This document shows, one piece after another, positions 38,326 to 48,441 of a stretch of 64,000 bases of DNA. Under the pieces are notes generated by a model. That model did no database searches, was not told the origin of the DNA, and saw only the letters and a list, made by a program, of their open reading frames with translations. Origin of the DNA: Candidatus Onstottus arcticum (GTDB taxonomy: Bacteria; Acidobacteriota; Blastocatellia; UBA7656); the NCBI GenBank assembly GCA_038040485.1, contig JBBPIE010000021.1, positions 35,950 through 99,949 of the forward strand, given 5' to 3'. A program made the translations under genes and the position numbers. Numbering within the stretch: the stretch's first letter is position 1; the number at the start of each line of letters is the position of its first letter.

Positions 38326-41300
38326 ATGCCGAATTCGCCAATTAGAAAACGCTGGGCGTTCATCACACCGCTGACAATCAAAGTCCTTGCCGCCGTCATT
38401 ATCCTTTCTCTTTTCGCGCTCGCGGCCTGCTCCCGCGGCCACCGTGTGTCGGATGTGGACCGAGGCACTGCCTTGTTGCTCGAAGCCTTCGAAAAGCAGC
38501 GATTGATCGAGCCTCGTCTCTCGGGAGGCTTCAAGTGTGGTGAGTTCAGACCTGCACCGGATGACGCTTCAGACATCGACACGGCAAGGCTCGCCAAAGC
38601 GCGCGGTCTGATCCTGGACGCCGTTGACAACAACGACCCTTCGTCCCAACTAGCATATGCGCGATTGTTGTTGAGCGAAGGGGAGAAACTTCCCGATGCT
38701 CTCAAGTACCTGCGGCAAGTACTCGAGGCTTCGCCCGATAACGCACAGGCTCACAACGACCTCGGAGTTTGCCTGATTCAACAGGACAAGGTCGAGAACG
38801 CCATAGAGGAGTTTGAAACCGCTATCAAGCTCAGCCCCGATCTTACGGAGGCGGTCTTCAATCGTGCGCTCTGCTATGGGCGACTCCTCCTGACCGATGC
38901 GGCGACGGCAGAGTATGGCCGGTTGCTCGAGATCGAGCACGACAAAGACTGGATCGCGGAGATCAACCAGCGCCGGCAAGAGCTTTCCAAGCAGCTCCCA
39001 GCCGAGAAGAGTGACATGGAGATCATTGCTCCTGTCGATGCCGCGATTGAACGGCGGGATCTCGATGAAGCGCGAAGAATTGCAGGCGAACAACCCGAAG
39101 CGATGATCGGGCCCGGAACGTTCGAGCTACCAGTCAGATATCTAACCGAGGCCGGAGCCGGAAAGCCGGAGCAAGCCGGGCGCACCCTGTCTGAAATCGA
39201 GCTCATCGGCGAACAGGTTGAGAGTTCAATGGGCGACTCATCGGTGATCGACCTGGCGAGCTACCTGAGGAACTTGTCCGGGACCGAGAAAGAGGTCGAG
39301 CTCGCGCTCCTCAATGACTATCTGGATGCGACAAAGGCGTTTTTTACCAGAGAGTACGAGGATGGGCAATCGAAGTTTGCGAGACTGGCTGGCCTGTTCA
39401 AGGAGCGTGGCAACACCGTTTTTGAATCGCTGTCGATCAACGATCTCGCAAGCTGTCTCTCCTCATCGGGGGCTCACGCAGCGAGTCTCGAGACGTTGCG
39501 AGGGTCGATCGCGCGTTTTGAACAACGCCGCTGGCCGTTTCGCCAGGGCATGCTGCTTACGACGCTCGCGCTCACGCACTCTCAACTTGGCGAGGACTCG
39601 AATGCGATAAACGATTGCAAAAGCGCGTTGGAGCGTTATCCCAACGCGCCTCGTCAGCGGGCTAAGGTTCGACAGCTCATGGGCATCGCTTACCGGCACC
39701 TTGGAGATCTGGAGACCGGGCTCGCCTCCTTAAAAGAATCAACCCAACTGTTTTTGACGGATCGGATGGATTCAGCCGAGTTGGCTTATAACTACCTGAG
39801 TGGCTCTGATTTCCAGCGCCTTCGTGGCAATCACTCGCTTGCGTTGTTGTACGCGCAAGAGGCGATCAGGTTTTCCAAGCTGTCGAAGAGTCCAAGCCGC
39901 ACGGCCCAGGCGCTGTCTTCCGCGGCAGTCGAGCACGCGCGCCTCGGTCAGTTCGAGGAAGGGCGGGCTCAACTCACCTCCGCGTTTGACTCTGTGAAGC
40001 AGACGGGAAAAAGTCAGCGGAACTTTACCGAACAACTGGTGCTGACACGCGCCGCCGAGTTCGCCGCGAGGCGGGGTGACATCGCTGGTTCGGTTGACTC
40101 TTACTCACAAGCTGAAAAGATTCTCAAGAAAGGGGAGAGGCTGGAGCTCTCGCTGATCGCTGTACTTCGCGGGCGCGCCGAGGCCTACCTCGCCGCAAGA
40201 AAGTTCAGCAAAGCGCGCATCGACCTCGATCGAGCCATCGCGCTGATCGAGAAGTATCGGTCGCACATCATCGACGCTAAGGACCGCAGCGCTTATTTGG
40301 ACGCCAGCCACAGCGTGTTTGACCAAATGATACTGCTAAACGTTCGCGGCTTTGGCAGATGGCCCGAAGCGTTCGCCTTCTCCGAGCAATCCCGCGCTCG
40401 CACGCTCCTCGATGCGTTGTCCCTCCATCGTCCTGTCACGCGAGTGAGACTAGAAGACGTACGTCGCGTGTTACCCGCGGATCTGACGCTGTTGACTTAC
40501 TCGGTCACCGATCACGGTACTTTTGTTTTCATCATCACGCCTTCCGGCCTTCAGGTAGTTGAATTAACGGCGACCGCTGAAGTCCTTGACCGCATGGTGA
40601 ACGACTATGTCTCAGGCTTGAAGAGCAAGGCCCCACTTGAAGAAGTCTCGGAGAAGGCGCGCGAACTACATCGCTATCTGATCGAACCGTTAAGACCGAA
40701 GCTAGGCAACGCCAAACGTTTGTGTATTGTTCCGGACAAAGCGCTCCACTTTCTGCCGTTCGCGGCGCTGATAGACGAAACAGGGCGGTACCTCGTCGAA
40801 TCATATTCGCTTAGTTCCGCGCCCTCGGCTTCTGCGCTTGTTCAGTGCATCGAGGGGCGCCGCGAGAAGGGTACGACGGCTGATGAGAAGATCCTCGCCG
40901 TTGGAAATCCGGCTTTCGATCGCGAGGCGTTCCCTTTGCTTCCGGACCTTCCTGACGCAGAGCGAGAAGCGAGCGAATCAGCTTCCTTCTACGGAAGCAA
41001 CAAAGTTGTCTTGATCGGAGCGAGTGCTGATAAGCGGCGGCTACGCGCGGAGCTTGAAGACTGCAACGTCGCTCATCTTGCCGTGCATTGTCTTGTCGAA
41101 GCAAACTCGCCATCGCTCGCGGCGCTGGTGCTCGCGTCCGATCGTAGTACAGTTCCGAACTCCCAAGCCTCGCCAGGGGATGGGTTACTATCGCTTAACG
41201 AAATCTACGGAATGAGCTTGCCAAAAACCAATCTGGTGGTATTATCCGCCTGTCAAAGCGGGCTTGGGCGCTACTATCGAGGTGAAGGAATTGTAAGCCT

Positions 41301-41529
41301 GGTCAGGCCCTTTTTGGCATTGCGGGTGCCGACAGTTGTTGCAAGCTTGTGGTCGGTCGATTCGCAATCCACCGCCTCTTTGATGGTTGAGTTTCACAGG
41401 CTGATGCGTACAGCGAACGCAGGGCCCGGTGAGGCGTTGAGAATCTCGCAGATCAGAATGGCTGGCACCGAGGAGCACAAACATCCCTACTACTGGGCTC
41501 CCTTTGCAGTCATCGGCGACGCCTATTGA
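38326..41529 (+). CDS. TPR-repeat + CHAT-domain (caspase-like protease) lipoprotein
   Basis: Signal peptide with lipobox (LFALAAC). Several TPR-like repeats. C-terminal CHAT signature with His (HLAVHCLV) and Cys (VLSACQSG) catalytic dyad. Confidence 0.8.
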   Translation: MPNSPIRKRWAFITPLTIKVLAAVIILSLFALAACSRGHRVSDVDRGTALLLEAFEKQRLIEPRLSGGFKCGEFRPAPDDASDIDTARLAKARGLILDAVDNNDPSSQLAYARLLLSEGEKLPDALKYLRQVLEASPDNAQAHNDLGVCLIQQDKVENAIEEFETAIKLSPDLTEAVFNRALCYGRLLLTDAATAEYGRLLEIEHDKDWIAEINQRRQELSKQLPAEKSDMEIIAPVDAAIERRDLDEARRIAGEQPEAMIGPGTFELPVRYLTEAGAGKPEQAGRTLSEIELIGEQVESSMGDSSVIDLASYLRNLSGTEKEVELALLNDYLDATKAFFTREYEDGQSKFARLAGLFKERGNTVFESLSINDLASCLSSSGAHAASLETLRGSIARFEQRRWPFRQGMLLTTLALTHSQLGEDSNAINDCKSALERYPNAPRQRAKVRQLMGIAYRHLGDLETGLASLKESTQLFLTDRMDSAELAYNYLSGSDFQRLRGNHSLALLYAQEAIRFSKLSKSPSRTAQALSSAAVEHARLGQFEEGRAQLTSAFDSVKQTGKSQRNFTEQLVLTRAAEFAARRGDIAGSVDSYSQAEKILKKGERLELSLIAVLRGRAEAYLAARKFSKARIDLDRAIALIEKYRSHIIDAKDRSAYLDASHSVFDQMILLNVRGFGRWPEAFAFSEQSRARTLLDALSLHRPVTRVRLEDVRRVLPADLTLLTYSVTDHGTFVFIITPSGLQVVELTATAEVLDRMVNDYVSGLKSKAPLEEVSEKARELHRYLIEPLRPKLGNAKRLCIVPDKALHFLPFAALIDETGRYLVESYSLSSAPSASALVQCIEGRREKGTTADEKILAVGNPAFDREAFPLLPDLPDAEREASESASFYGSNKVVLIGASADKRRLRAELEDCNVAHLAVHCLVEANSPSLAALVLASDRSTVPNSQASPGDGLLSLNEIYGMSLPKTNLVVLSACQSGLGRYYRGEGIVSLVRPFLALRVPTVVASLWSVDSQSTASLMVEFHRLMRTANAGPGEALRISQIRMAGTEEHKHPYYWAPFAVIGDAY

Positions 41530-41678
41530 GGACCCTGCCCCAAAGCTTCTTGTCACATAGAAGCTACTTTTCACATAGAAGAGAGGAAGCAACACAATTT
41601 TCTCACTTCACGCGGGATGGCCGCGAGAGGAGAATGAGAAGCAATGGCAAATGCTTCCTCCTTTAAGAAGGAGGGTTT

Positions 41679-42413
41679 ATGAGTGTGATCGCAACAGTGA
41701 CTTTGGATAGCGGGTGTTTCTTGACGCGCAAGAAAGACGCGGTGGAACCCTATTCCGCCGAAGTCGGATACTTTGAATCTGAGAAAGGAACTTCGGACAT
41801 CAAAGTCCAGATTGATGGCCAACAAGTAACATCGCCCGAGCTGGAAAACCTCGGCAAGAAGTGCGTGATCGAAGTGCGCCGCAAGGATAACGGAGACATT
41901 CACCGAAAAGATGGCGCGAGATCCTCACCAACTTTTCACGACAGGCTTCTACACATGACAGACCTTTACAACGACCCACAAATGGATTCAGCCGAAGACA
42001 ACTTTGATTGTATCCTCCGGTTCGAATCTGGTTACTTCTACGCCGCGAAAGTTAAGGATCGCACTTTCAAGGAGCATAAGAAACAAGCGGACAGCTCCCT
42101 GACCTACTCGGACGGCAACGGCAAGCAGGTTGTACAGTCAATCGCGCACGATGTTGCGATTTATTTCAGGCTCGAGGACGGCGAAGCGCTTGAGCTGGTG
42201 AGAAACAACGAGAAACCATTCTGGTCAAGTAAGGACAGCGGCGCGAAGACGAGCATAGATATTACGTTCGTCGCCGATAAGTCAACGGTTGAGAAGTTTT
42301 ACTGCCACGCGCTAAAGGATGCCCGAAGTAGCTACTGGCTTCCAAACCAGCCAGAAGATCCGCCGCCTACGTGTTCGAAGCCTCCGTGCAACGGCGACCC
42401 AGGCAACCCATAG
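41679..42413 (+). CDS. hypothetical protein downstream of TPR-CHAT (no signal peptide, lower GC)
   Basis: Strong RBS AAGGAGG 7 nt upstream. 244 aa with predicted beta-rich composition. C-terminus PPPTCSKPPCNGDPGNP. Confidence 0.5.
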   Translation: MSVIATVTLDSGCFLTRKKDAVEPYSAEVGYFESEKGTSDIKVQIDGQQVTSPELENLGKKCVIEVRRKDNGDIHRKDGARSSPTFHDRLLHMTDLYNDPQMDSAEDNFDCILRFESGYFYAAKVKDRTFKEHKKQADSSLTYSDGNGKQVVQSIAHDVAIYFRLEDGEALELVRNNEKPFWSSKDSGAKTSIDITFVADKSTVEKFYCHALKDARSSYWLPNQPEDPPPTCSKPPCNGDPGNP

Positions 42414-42508
42414 CGGCGGCTTGCGGGCAATTGAATCGTAACCGAAGTTCTAACCGACCGGGCCCAGTTCTCTAAGCCTCTTGCGGACGAGACGCGTAGC
42501 GCGGTTGA

Positions 42509-43435
42509 TCAGAATGCTTCGACTATGGCTGGCGTGATGTCGGTGAGCGATCGCACGCGCGTAGCGATCTGCTCGCTCGCGAGACCGAAAGCCAGCGTCG
42601 CGACTGGATTCATCGTGTGGCCGCGTGTGCTCGCATCTTCTATGTTGCCGTGATCGCTAGTGATGACGACGGTCTGGCGCTCGAGGTCCGCCGCTTCAAG
42701 GACCGCCCGAATGAATCGTGTTAGACTTGGGATGTGTTCTCGAATAAGCTTCCACGAAAGCTCCCGATCGCGATGATGTCCTATCCGATCGGTTATGAAG
42801 TGTTCGTACAGCGTGAAGTGGTGGCCGGCTGCAAGCCGCGCCAGGTTTCTGCCCGCTTGTTCGGGTTCGCATTCCTTGACCTCAAACCCTCTTTCGATCA
42901 AGAACCGATTCGTGAAGTCGTGGCTGACTGCGCGGCCTTCTGCCAGGTCTTCCAACAACCTGAACGACAAGCCCGCAGTCTCGGCGGCTACAGTAGTGCA
43001 CGAAACGAAACGCGGGCGCGACTCGAGATAGTTCCTGGTGTACGCGTTTGCAAACGTAACCGATCGTCCAAGCGCAATCAGCTTCTTGTATATGGAGTGC
43101 TCCGCAAGCGCCTGCTTCAATCTCGGCGAAGGATAGCCGTGAAGATGCCGGCCAATTAGCTTAGCAGCATTCACGCCAGTGAGCATCGCGGTTTGACCCG
43201 TGGCACTCTGGGGCAAGCCCTCAACACCGAGCCTCGCATCGGTCACCGCCACTCGTCCGTTGAATGGCAGCTTCGGAGGCTCGCCTTGAAAGATTGAGAA
43301 GAAATCCGAATCGAGGCCATCGAGCGGATTGTGTTCGCCTCGCGTGCCGATGCCTACACCATCTATGAAGATCAGAAGAACACGAGAGGGGGCGAGGGGG
43401 CGACTAGGCGAGGGGGCGAGGCGATCTAACATCAT
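42509..43435 (-). CDS. alkaline-phosphatase-superfamily metalloenzyme (cofactor-independent phosphoglycerate mutase/phosphopentomutase-like)
   Basis: IFIDGVG N-terminal metal site and TSDHGN motif. The N-terminal ~25 aa (LAPSPSRPLAPS) are encoded by a GC-rich repeat. Start overlaps the stop of the upstream four-helix-bundle gene. Confidence 0.65.
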   Translation of the reverse strand: MMLDRLAPSPSRPLAPSRVLLIFIDGVGIGTRGEHNPLDGLDSDFFSIFQGEPPKLPFNGRVAVTDARLGVEGLPQSATGQTAMLTGVNAAKLIGRHLHGYPSPRLKQALAEHSIYKKLIALGRSVTFANAYTRNYLESRPRFVSCTTVAAETAGLSFRLLEDLAEGRAVSHDFTNRFLIERGFEVKECEPEQAGRNLARLAAGHHFTLYEHFITDRIGHHRDRELSWKLIREHIPSLTRFIRAVLEAADLERQTVVITSDHGNIEDASTRGHTMNPVATLAFGLASEQIATRVRSLTDITPAIVEAF

Positions 43436-43821
43436 CTTCTTGGAATCACCCATTGATCCGGCTCGGATATCATCCGCACAAGTTGACCGAGAATCTTGTC
43501 ATACTCATCGTCCAACTCGCGTGCCACGTCGGCAGTTATATAGCTGCATCGACAGGCGAACTCAATCCAGACGCGGGTTTCCTCTGCCTCACCTTCCGAA
43601 TCACTCAGCTTGCTTATGAAATGCGCCTCGTAGCGGCGTTTTCGCCACGCTTCGCCGATATTCGTACACACAGAACGCGAGCAGCGTCGCATCTGGTCAA
43701 CCATCGAGTACTTCTCTTCGGCGGGGAACTTCTTGGTCAGCTCGAAGATCCGCATCGCTGCATCCATTGCAGCTTGATAGACGCGAAACTCCCTATAGCT
43801 CTTGATCGCCGGCATAATCAA
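43432..43821 (-). CDS. four-helix-bundle protein (23S rRNA intervening-sequence protein family, TIGR02436-like)
   Basis: 129 aa. YKLAMEI-type helices: FRVYQAAMDAAMRIFELTKKFP...RRCSRSVCTNIGEAWRK. Flanked by GC-rich imperfect inverted repeats at 43375-43425 and 43850-43925. Confidence 0.7.
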   Translation of the reverse strand: MIMPAIKSYREFRVYQAAMDAAMRIFELTKKFPAEEKYSMVDQMRRCSRSVCTNIGEAWRKRRYEAHFISKLSDSEGEAEETRVWIEFACRCSYITADVARELDDEYDKILGQLVRMISEPDQWVIPRR

Positions 43822-43915
43822 ATCTCGAAGAGGCTACACCAATTGCCGCCCTCTCCGCGTCGCTCAATCGCCCGCTCGCCCTCTCTCCCCATCGCCCGCT
43901 CGCCCCTTCGCCCAA

Positions 43916-46021
43916 TCACTCCTCTTCCGTAACGCGAACGCGTCCTTCCTCGACCGCCTTATGAACAATCTTCTGCGCGATCAAAGCGGGCACCTCGGCG
44001 TAGTGGTCAAGCTCCATCGTGTATGACCCGCGCGCGCCGGTGATGGAGTTGAGCGTCGATTGATAAGACAGCATCTCCGATAAGGGAACCTGCGCCTTCA
44101 CGACGGCCTGGTTGCCTTTGGTGTCCATCCCCTGCACACGGCCTCGCCTCGAGTTGACGTCGCCGAGTATGTCACCTGAAGTTTCCTGGGGGGTGGTGAT
44201 CTCGACGTTCATCACGGGCTCGAGCAGCACCGGCTTAACCTGCTCAATCGCCGTGCGAAACGCCTTTCGCCCCGCCATCTGAAACGACAGATCGTCAGAG
44301 TCTACCGCGTGAAACTTGCCGTCGATCAGCTCAACTTTGAAATCAACCATTGGATAACCGGCGATGGCCCCGCGGGCGGCCGCATCCTTGATCCCTTTCT
44401 CTACTGCCGGTCTCCAATTCTGAGGGATCGATCCCCCGAAGATCTTGTCGACAAACTCGAATCCTCCGCCGCGCGGTAGCCCTTCAAAGACGCAGGTAGC
44501 CTCGGCGAACTGGCCGCGGCCTCCTGTTTGTTTCTTGTGACGTCCGACAATTTCGGCGCGGCCCCTGAAGGTTTCGAGGTAAGCGACCTTGGGAGGATGA
44601 AGCTCGACTTCAACACCGTATCGGCGTTTCAACTTGTTCACGGCGACTTCGACGTGAGTTTGTCCCGAGCCGGAAAGCAGGAACTCATTTGTTTGGGGTT
44701 CGCGATCAAACCTCAGCGCCAGATCCTCCTCGAGCATCTTATGAAGGGCTTGCGAGAGTTTGTCTTCGTCGCTGCGCGTCTTTGCGGTTATGGCAAAGGC
44801 GACTGCCGGCCTTGGAAAGTGAACTGTCTCATAGGCGATTGGCGCAGTCTTATCGCAAAACGTATCCCCGGTGTGAGTTTCTCTCAGCTTGGTCACAGCG
44901 ATGATGTCACCGGTGTGAGCTTCCGCGACCTTCTCGAGCGCCTTGCCTTGCATCACGTGCAGCGGGCCGAGTCGTTCGTTAGTACTCTTGGTTATGTTGT
45001 AAACAGTCGCGTCGGACTTAACGTGCCCGGAGTAAATCTTGAATACATTGATGCGGCCGGCGAACGGATCCGCCACCGTCTTGAACACCAAGGCCGAGAA
45101 CGGAGCGATGTCTTTCTCCTCGCGCTCAATCTCCTCATCGCTTTCAGGACTGGGATGGCCCTTCACCGGCCCGAGTTCATCGGGGGCCGGAGCCAGTTCG
45201 ACTAAGGAAGTCAGCAGCGGTTGTATGCCGATGTTCGGGATCCCTGAGGCGACCAGAATCGGAAACAACCTGCGCTCGGTGACCGCAGCCTTGATGCCCG
45301 GGATCAAGTCTTCGTCGCTCAGGGTTCCGTCGTTGAAATACTTTTCCATCAACGCCTCGGAGCTTTCCGCGACCACGTCTATTATTTTCTCGCGCGCCGC
45401 TTCCGCCGCGACTTTCATTTCAGCGGGCACCTCGCCCTGGGTGGCCTTACCGCTGCCATCGGGTTCGTAGCTATAAGAGCGCATATGAATGAGGTCGATG
45501 ACGCCTTTGAAGCCGTGCTCTCGTCCTATCGGCATTTGAATAGGCACTGCCGAGCGGCCGAACGCTTCGGTTATGCCGGCCACGGCTTGCTCAAAGTCGG
45601 CTCGCTCACGGTCCATCTTTGAGACGACGATCAAGCGAGGAATGCTAAACTCATCAGCGTAGCTCCATGCTTTTTCCGTCTGGACTTCGACGCCGCTGAC
45701 CGCGTCGACGACAACGAGCGCGGAGTCGCAAGCGCGCAAAGCTGCCTTCGCGTCAAGTATGAATGCGGCAAATCCCGGAGTGTCGAGTATGTTGATCTTT
45801 GTTCCGTTCCACTCGCAGTAGGCGAGGGAGCTGATGATGGTCAGCTTTCGCGCAATCTCATCTTCATCATAGTCTGTAGTGGTGGTGCCTTCGTCTACGC
45901 GGCCTAATCGGTTAGTGGCCCCCGAGTCAAACAACATCGCCGAAACCAGCGAAGTCTTGCCCGCGTGGCCATGACCTACAATGCCAACGTTTCTGATCTC
46001 CTTGGTGCCATAGACCTTCAT
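43916..46021 (-). CDS. elongation factor G family GTPase (EF-G paralog)
   Basis: Start MKVYGTKEIRNVGIVGHGHAGKTS (G1). DTPGFAAF (G3). EF-G domains II-V, including the LEPVMNVEITTP region. Confidence 0.85.
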   Translation of the reverse strand: MKVYGTKEIRNVGIVGHGHAGKTSLVSAMLFDSGATNRLGRVDEGTTTTDYDEDEIARKLTIISSLAYCEWNGTKINILDTPGFAAFILDAKAALRACDSALVVVDAVSGVEVQTEKAWSYADEFSIPRLIVVSKMDRERADFEQAVAGITEAFGRSAVPIQMPIGREHGFKGVIDLIHMRSYSYEPDGSGKATQGEVPAEMKVAAEAAREKIIDVVAESSEALMEKYFNDGTLSDEDLIPGIKAAVTERRLFPILVASGIPNIGIQPLLTSLVELAPAPDELGPVKGHPSPESDEEIEREEKDIAPFSALVFKTVADPFAGRINVFKIYSGHVKSDATVYNITKSTNERLGPLHVMQGKALEKVAEAHTGDIIAVTKLRETHTGDTFCDKTAPIAYETVHFPRPAVAFAITAKTRSDEDKLSQALHKMLEEDLALRFDREPQTNEFLLSGSGQTHVEVAVNKLKRRYGVEVELHPPKVAYLETFRGRAEIVGRHKKQTGGRGQFAEATCVFEGLPRGGGFEFVDKIFGGSIPQNWRPAVEKGIKDAAARGAIAGYPMVDFKVELIDGKFHAVDSDDLSFQMAGRKAFRTAIEQVKPVLLEPVMNVEITTPQETSGDILGDVNSRRGRVQGMDTKGNQAVVKAQVPLSEMLSYQSTLNSITGARGSYTMELDHYAEVPALIAQKIVHKAVEEGRVRVTEEE

Positions 46022-46566
46022 AGAATTATTCTCCTTTTCAATGCGCGATGGAATTTGAATGAGCTTATAGCCGGGCTGGCTCATGTGCAAGCGAGCCGCG
46101 AGTCGCCTTCTTCAACAGACATCAGTAATGAACGGTGTTTTGACACCTGAGCGCAATGCGCGTCGAGCGAGATGGTAGCGCGCACTCCGGACGGCTTGCT
46201 GGCGCTTTGATTACGTTGTATAGTCGCGCCCGGTCCAGTGAAGGCCTTATGAGGCAAATTGCGGACCGGTTTGCCTGGTAAGCTTCACCGTGCTGTTAAC
46301 GAGAATCCTTGAAAGCGATTGTAATGCCTCAAAAACAACACGAAGCAAGTCAGGTTCTGGTATCAAGGTGAAGACCGCGCCTAACACGTCGTTGTCCTGG
46401 CGGCAGAAGCGAATCTCTTATGGTTACGTTCAGTACTGCTGGGTCAACTCGGATTGGACGCCCTCACGGTACCCAAACTTTCGCGCAAATAGCGTGGGCA
46501 GCCGAACTAGAGAACAGCACCCTCTTGGTCGGATTCTAACTTAGGTGCTAAAAGAGGAGATACAGT

Positions 46567-46818
46567 ATGAACATCTATGTGATAGGCGGAACTGATGCTG
46601 GCGGCTGGTACATTGGGTCGGATGGGAAAATCCATAAGATTCCGGGGTGGAATCCAGAAGCCATGGTTGAGCTCGGCCACGCATTGAACATTCTCCGTGA
46701 AGCGGGTCAACTCAAAACGCCTCGCTTAGCAGAGGCCGCTATCAAGAGCGTGAACGCGTTCGTACAAAAAGAACTCAGCACGCAACTCAAAGAGGGAGGC
46801 GTTGTGTTAGTCCGATGA
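46567..46818 (+). CDS. hypothetical small protein (83 aa)
   Basis: RBS AAAGAGGAGA 6 nt upstream. No known domain. ATGA-coupled to the next gene. Confidence 0.45.
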   Translation: MNIYVIGGTDAGGWYIGSDGKIHKIPGWNPEAMVELGHALNILREAGQLKTPRLAEAAIKSVNAFVQKELSTQLKEGGVVLVR

Positions 46819-47606
46819 CTACAAACACAACTCATGGAGGGGTCAAAAACCCCTCCATAGAAAATCATGACGAACAGCGTCACGTTGCCTGGTTTCACGA
46901 GCTTGATGCGTGGACAGAGTATTGGGATATTTATCACCCTGAAACTCACGGTCGCTTTTACTTCGGGGATGGTAGCACTGAGACAGGATTGCTCACCCTG
47001 TTTCTACCACGTGAGTCCCGCCCGCCTGCCTTCACCGCGTGGACGCGCATGGCACTCTTATCTGGTACTCGCGCAAGTTTTACGAAAGAGGTGCGAAAGA
47101 CTGAAGTTGCTTCAGCGGTGATGGAAGTAGATTCACTGATGTCCCGCTTATTTGCCAAACACTTTGGCGATGCTGCTGACCCCCTGGTCCAGGCAGACTA
47201 TCTCGAAGCTGTCTTTCGCTTTGCTATCGACTCACTGCCACCGGCAGCCGAACGTGACGCTCGCGTAGGCGCCGATGATCCGCGTAAGCCGACAGCGGGT
47301 CGCCACACCCTTGAAGGTGACATCATGTGGTTTGCTTGGGCACTCCACACAGAGGCGGCAAACGCAATTGTTGGGAAAAACGAGGGGCATGCCCGGCGCA
47401 CCTTACTTCTTGCTGGTGTGGCAATGGGATGTTCCGCTAATTTTGCTTGGCGTGGTCATCGTCGCACGCGTGAAGAATACCGCCCAGATATGACAACCGC
47501 TGGACTGCTCCATGATCGAGGTATGAAGTGGGCTTCCGATTTCAAAACAGCCTCTGAGGAAGTCCACGCGCTTTATCGTATTCGCGAATGGGGGACTGCG
47601 GACTGA
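46815..47606 (+). CDS. hypothetical protein (263 aa), His/Trp-rich N-terminus
   Basis: Translationally coupled to the 83-aa ORF. No recognisable domain. Confidence 0.45.
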   Translation: MTTNTTHGGVKNPSIENHDEQRHVAWFHELDAWTEYWDIYHPETHGRFYFGDGSTETGLLTLFLPRESRPPAFTAWTRMALLSGTRASFTKEVRKTEVASAVMEVDSLMSRLFAKHFGDAADPLVQADYLEAVFRFAIDSLPPAAERDARVGADDPRKPTAGRHTLEGDIMWFAWALHTEAANAIVGKNEGHARRTLLLAGVAMGCSANFAWRGHRRTREEYRPDMTTAGLLHDRGMKWASDFKTASEEVHALYRIREWGTAD

Positions 47607-47783
47607 GCTTACCCAGAGTTATCAGTGTTAATATCGAAAAGCTTCGTCTAGAACCTTACGAGGGCACACGCCGCCTAACACACGCTCCTACCGCGCGGGC
47701 AGCGTAGTTCGTCTAAACACTTTGATTGCCACTCGCGCACCGACTGAACGTGAGCGTTAAGCGGCCACAGGTGAGGAGTCACG

Positions 47784-48314
47784 ATGACGGTATCCGCCTT
47801 TATCGGCACAAGCGTGGACGGCTTCATTGCGCGACCGAACGGCGATCTGGACTTTCTCCCTGAGGGCGGCGGCGAACCTCACGGCTACGACGAGTTCATG
47901 GCAAGCGTCGATGCTCTTGTGATAGGCCGCAAGACCTTCGAGACGGTCCTTGCCTTTGAGTCCTGGCCGTACGGTGACAAGCGCGTAGTGGTCCTAAGTA
48001 GTCGCCCCCTCGACTTGTCCTCGGCCAAGGCTGGCGGAGGCGTAGTAGAACAGATGGCCGGGACTCCCACTGAGATCGTTTCGAAACTCGCTGCCAGCGG
48101 AGCCCACCACCTCTACGTAGACGGTGGGATCACGATCCAACGGTTCCTGCGTGCGGGCCTCATTCAACGACTGATCATCACTCGCGTGCCGGTTCTTATT
48201 GGAGAAGGAGTTCCTCTCTTTGGCGCCCTACCGCACGATGTGCGGCTCCGTCACGTGGCGACTCGGCACTATTCGAGCGGCCTGGTTCAGAGCGAGTACC
48301 ATGTTGCCGGCTAA
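47784..48314 (+). CDS. dihydrofolate reductase family protein (RibD C-terminal domain-like)
   Basis: MTVSAFIGTSVDGFIARPNGDLDFL and VIGRKTFE. Confidence 0.75.
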   Translation: MTVSAFIGTSVDGFIARPNGDLDFLPEGGGEPHGYDEFMASVDALVIGRKTFETVLAFESWPYGDKRVVVLSSRPLDLSSAKAGGGVVEQMAGTPTEIVSKLAASGAHHLYVDGGITIQRFLRAGLIQRLIITRVPVLIGEGVPLFGALPHDVRLRHVATRHYSSGLVQSEYHVAG

Positions 48315-48441
48315 CGATCGCCTGGAGCTATTGCACCGTACGATCGGCCAGGTATCATTGGCTCGCGCGCCTCGACATTCAAGAGCAGCCGTTCGACTTC
48401 ATCATCGGAGCTGAAATTTCAGAAAGAATAGAAGACACGAT

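Noticed and set aside
41679-42413. Bacterial gasdermin next to a CHAT protease
   Set aside because: The CHAT protein has a lipoprotein signal, so it is extracytoplasmic. The gene order is protease-first, unlike described gasdermin operons. Kept only as a low-probability structural check in the finding.
44528-45470. Plus-strand ORFs inside the EF-G gene
   Set aside because: Antisense, with no translational signals.
46290-46544. 84-aa ORF in the long intergenic region
   Set aside because: No RBS and low coding-like composition. The region is more likely non-coding, possibly structured RNA or promoter.
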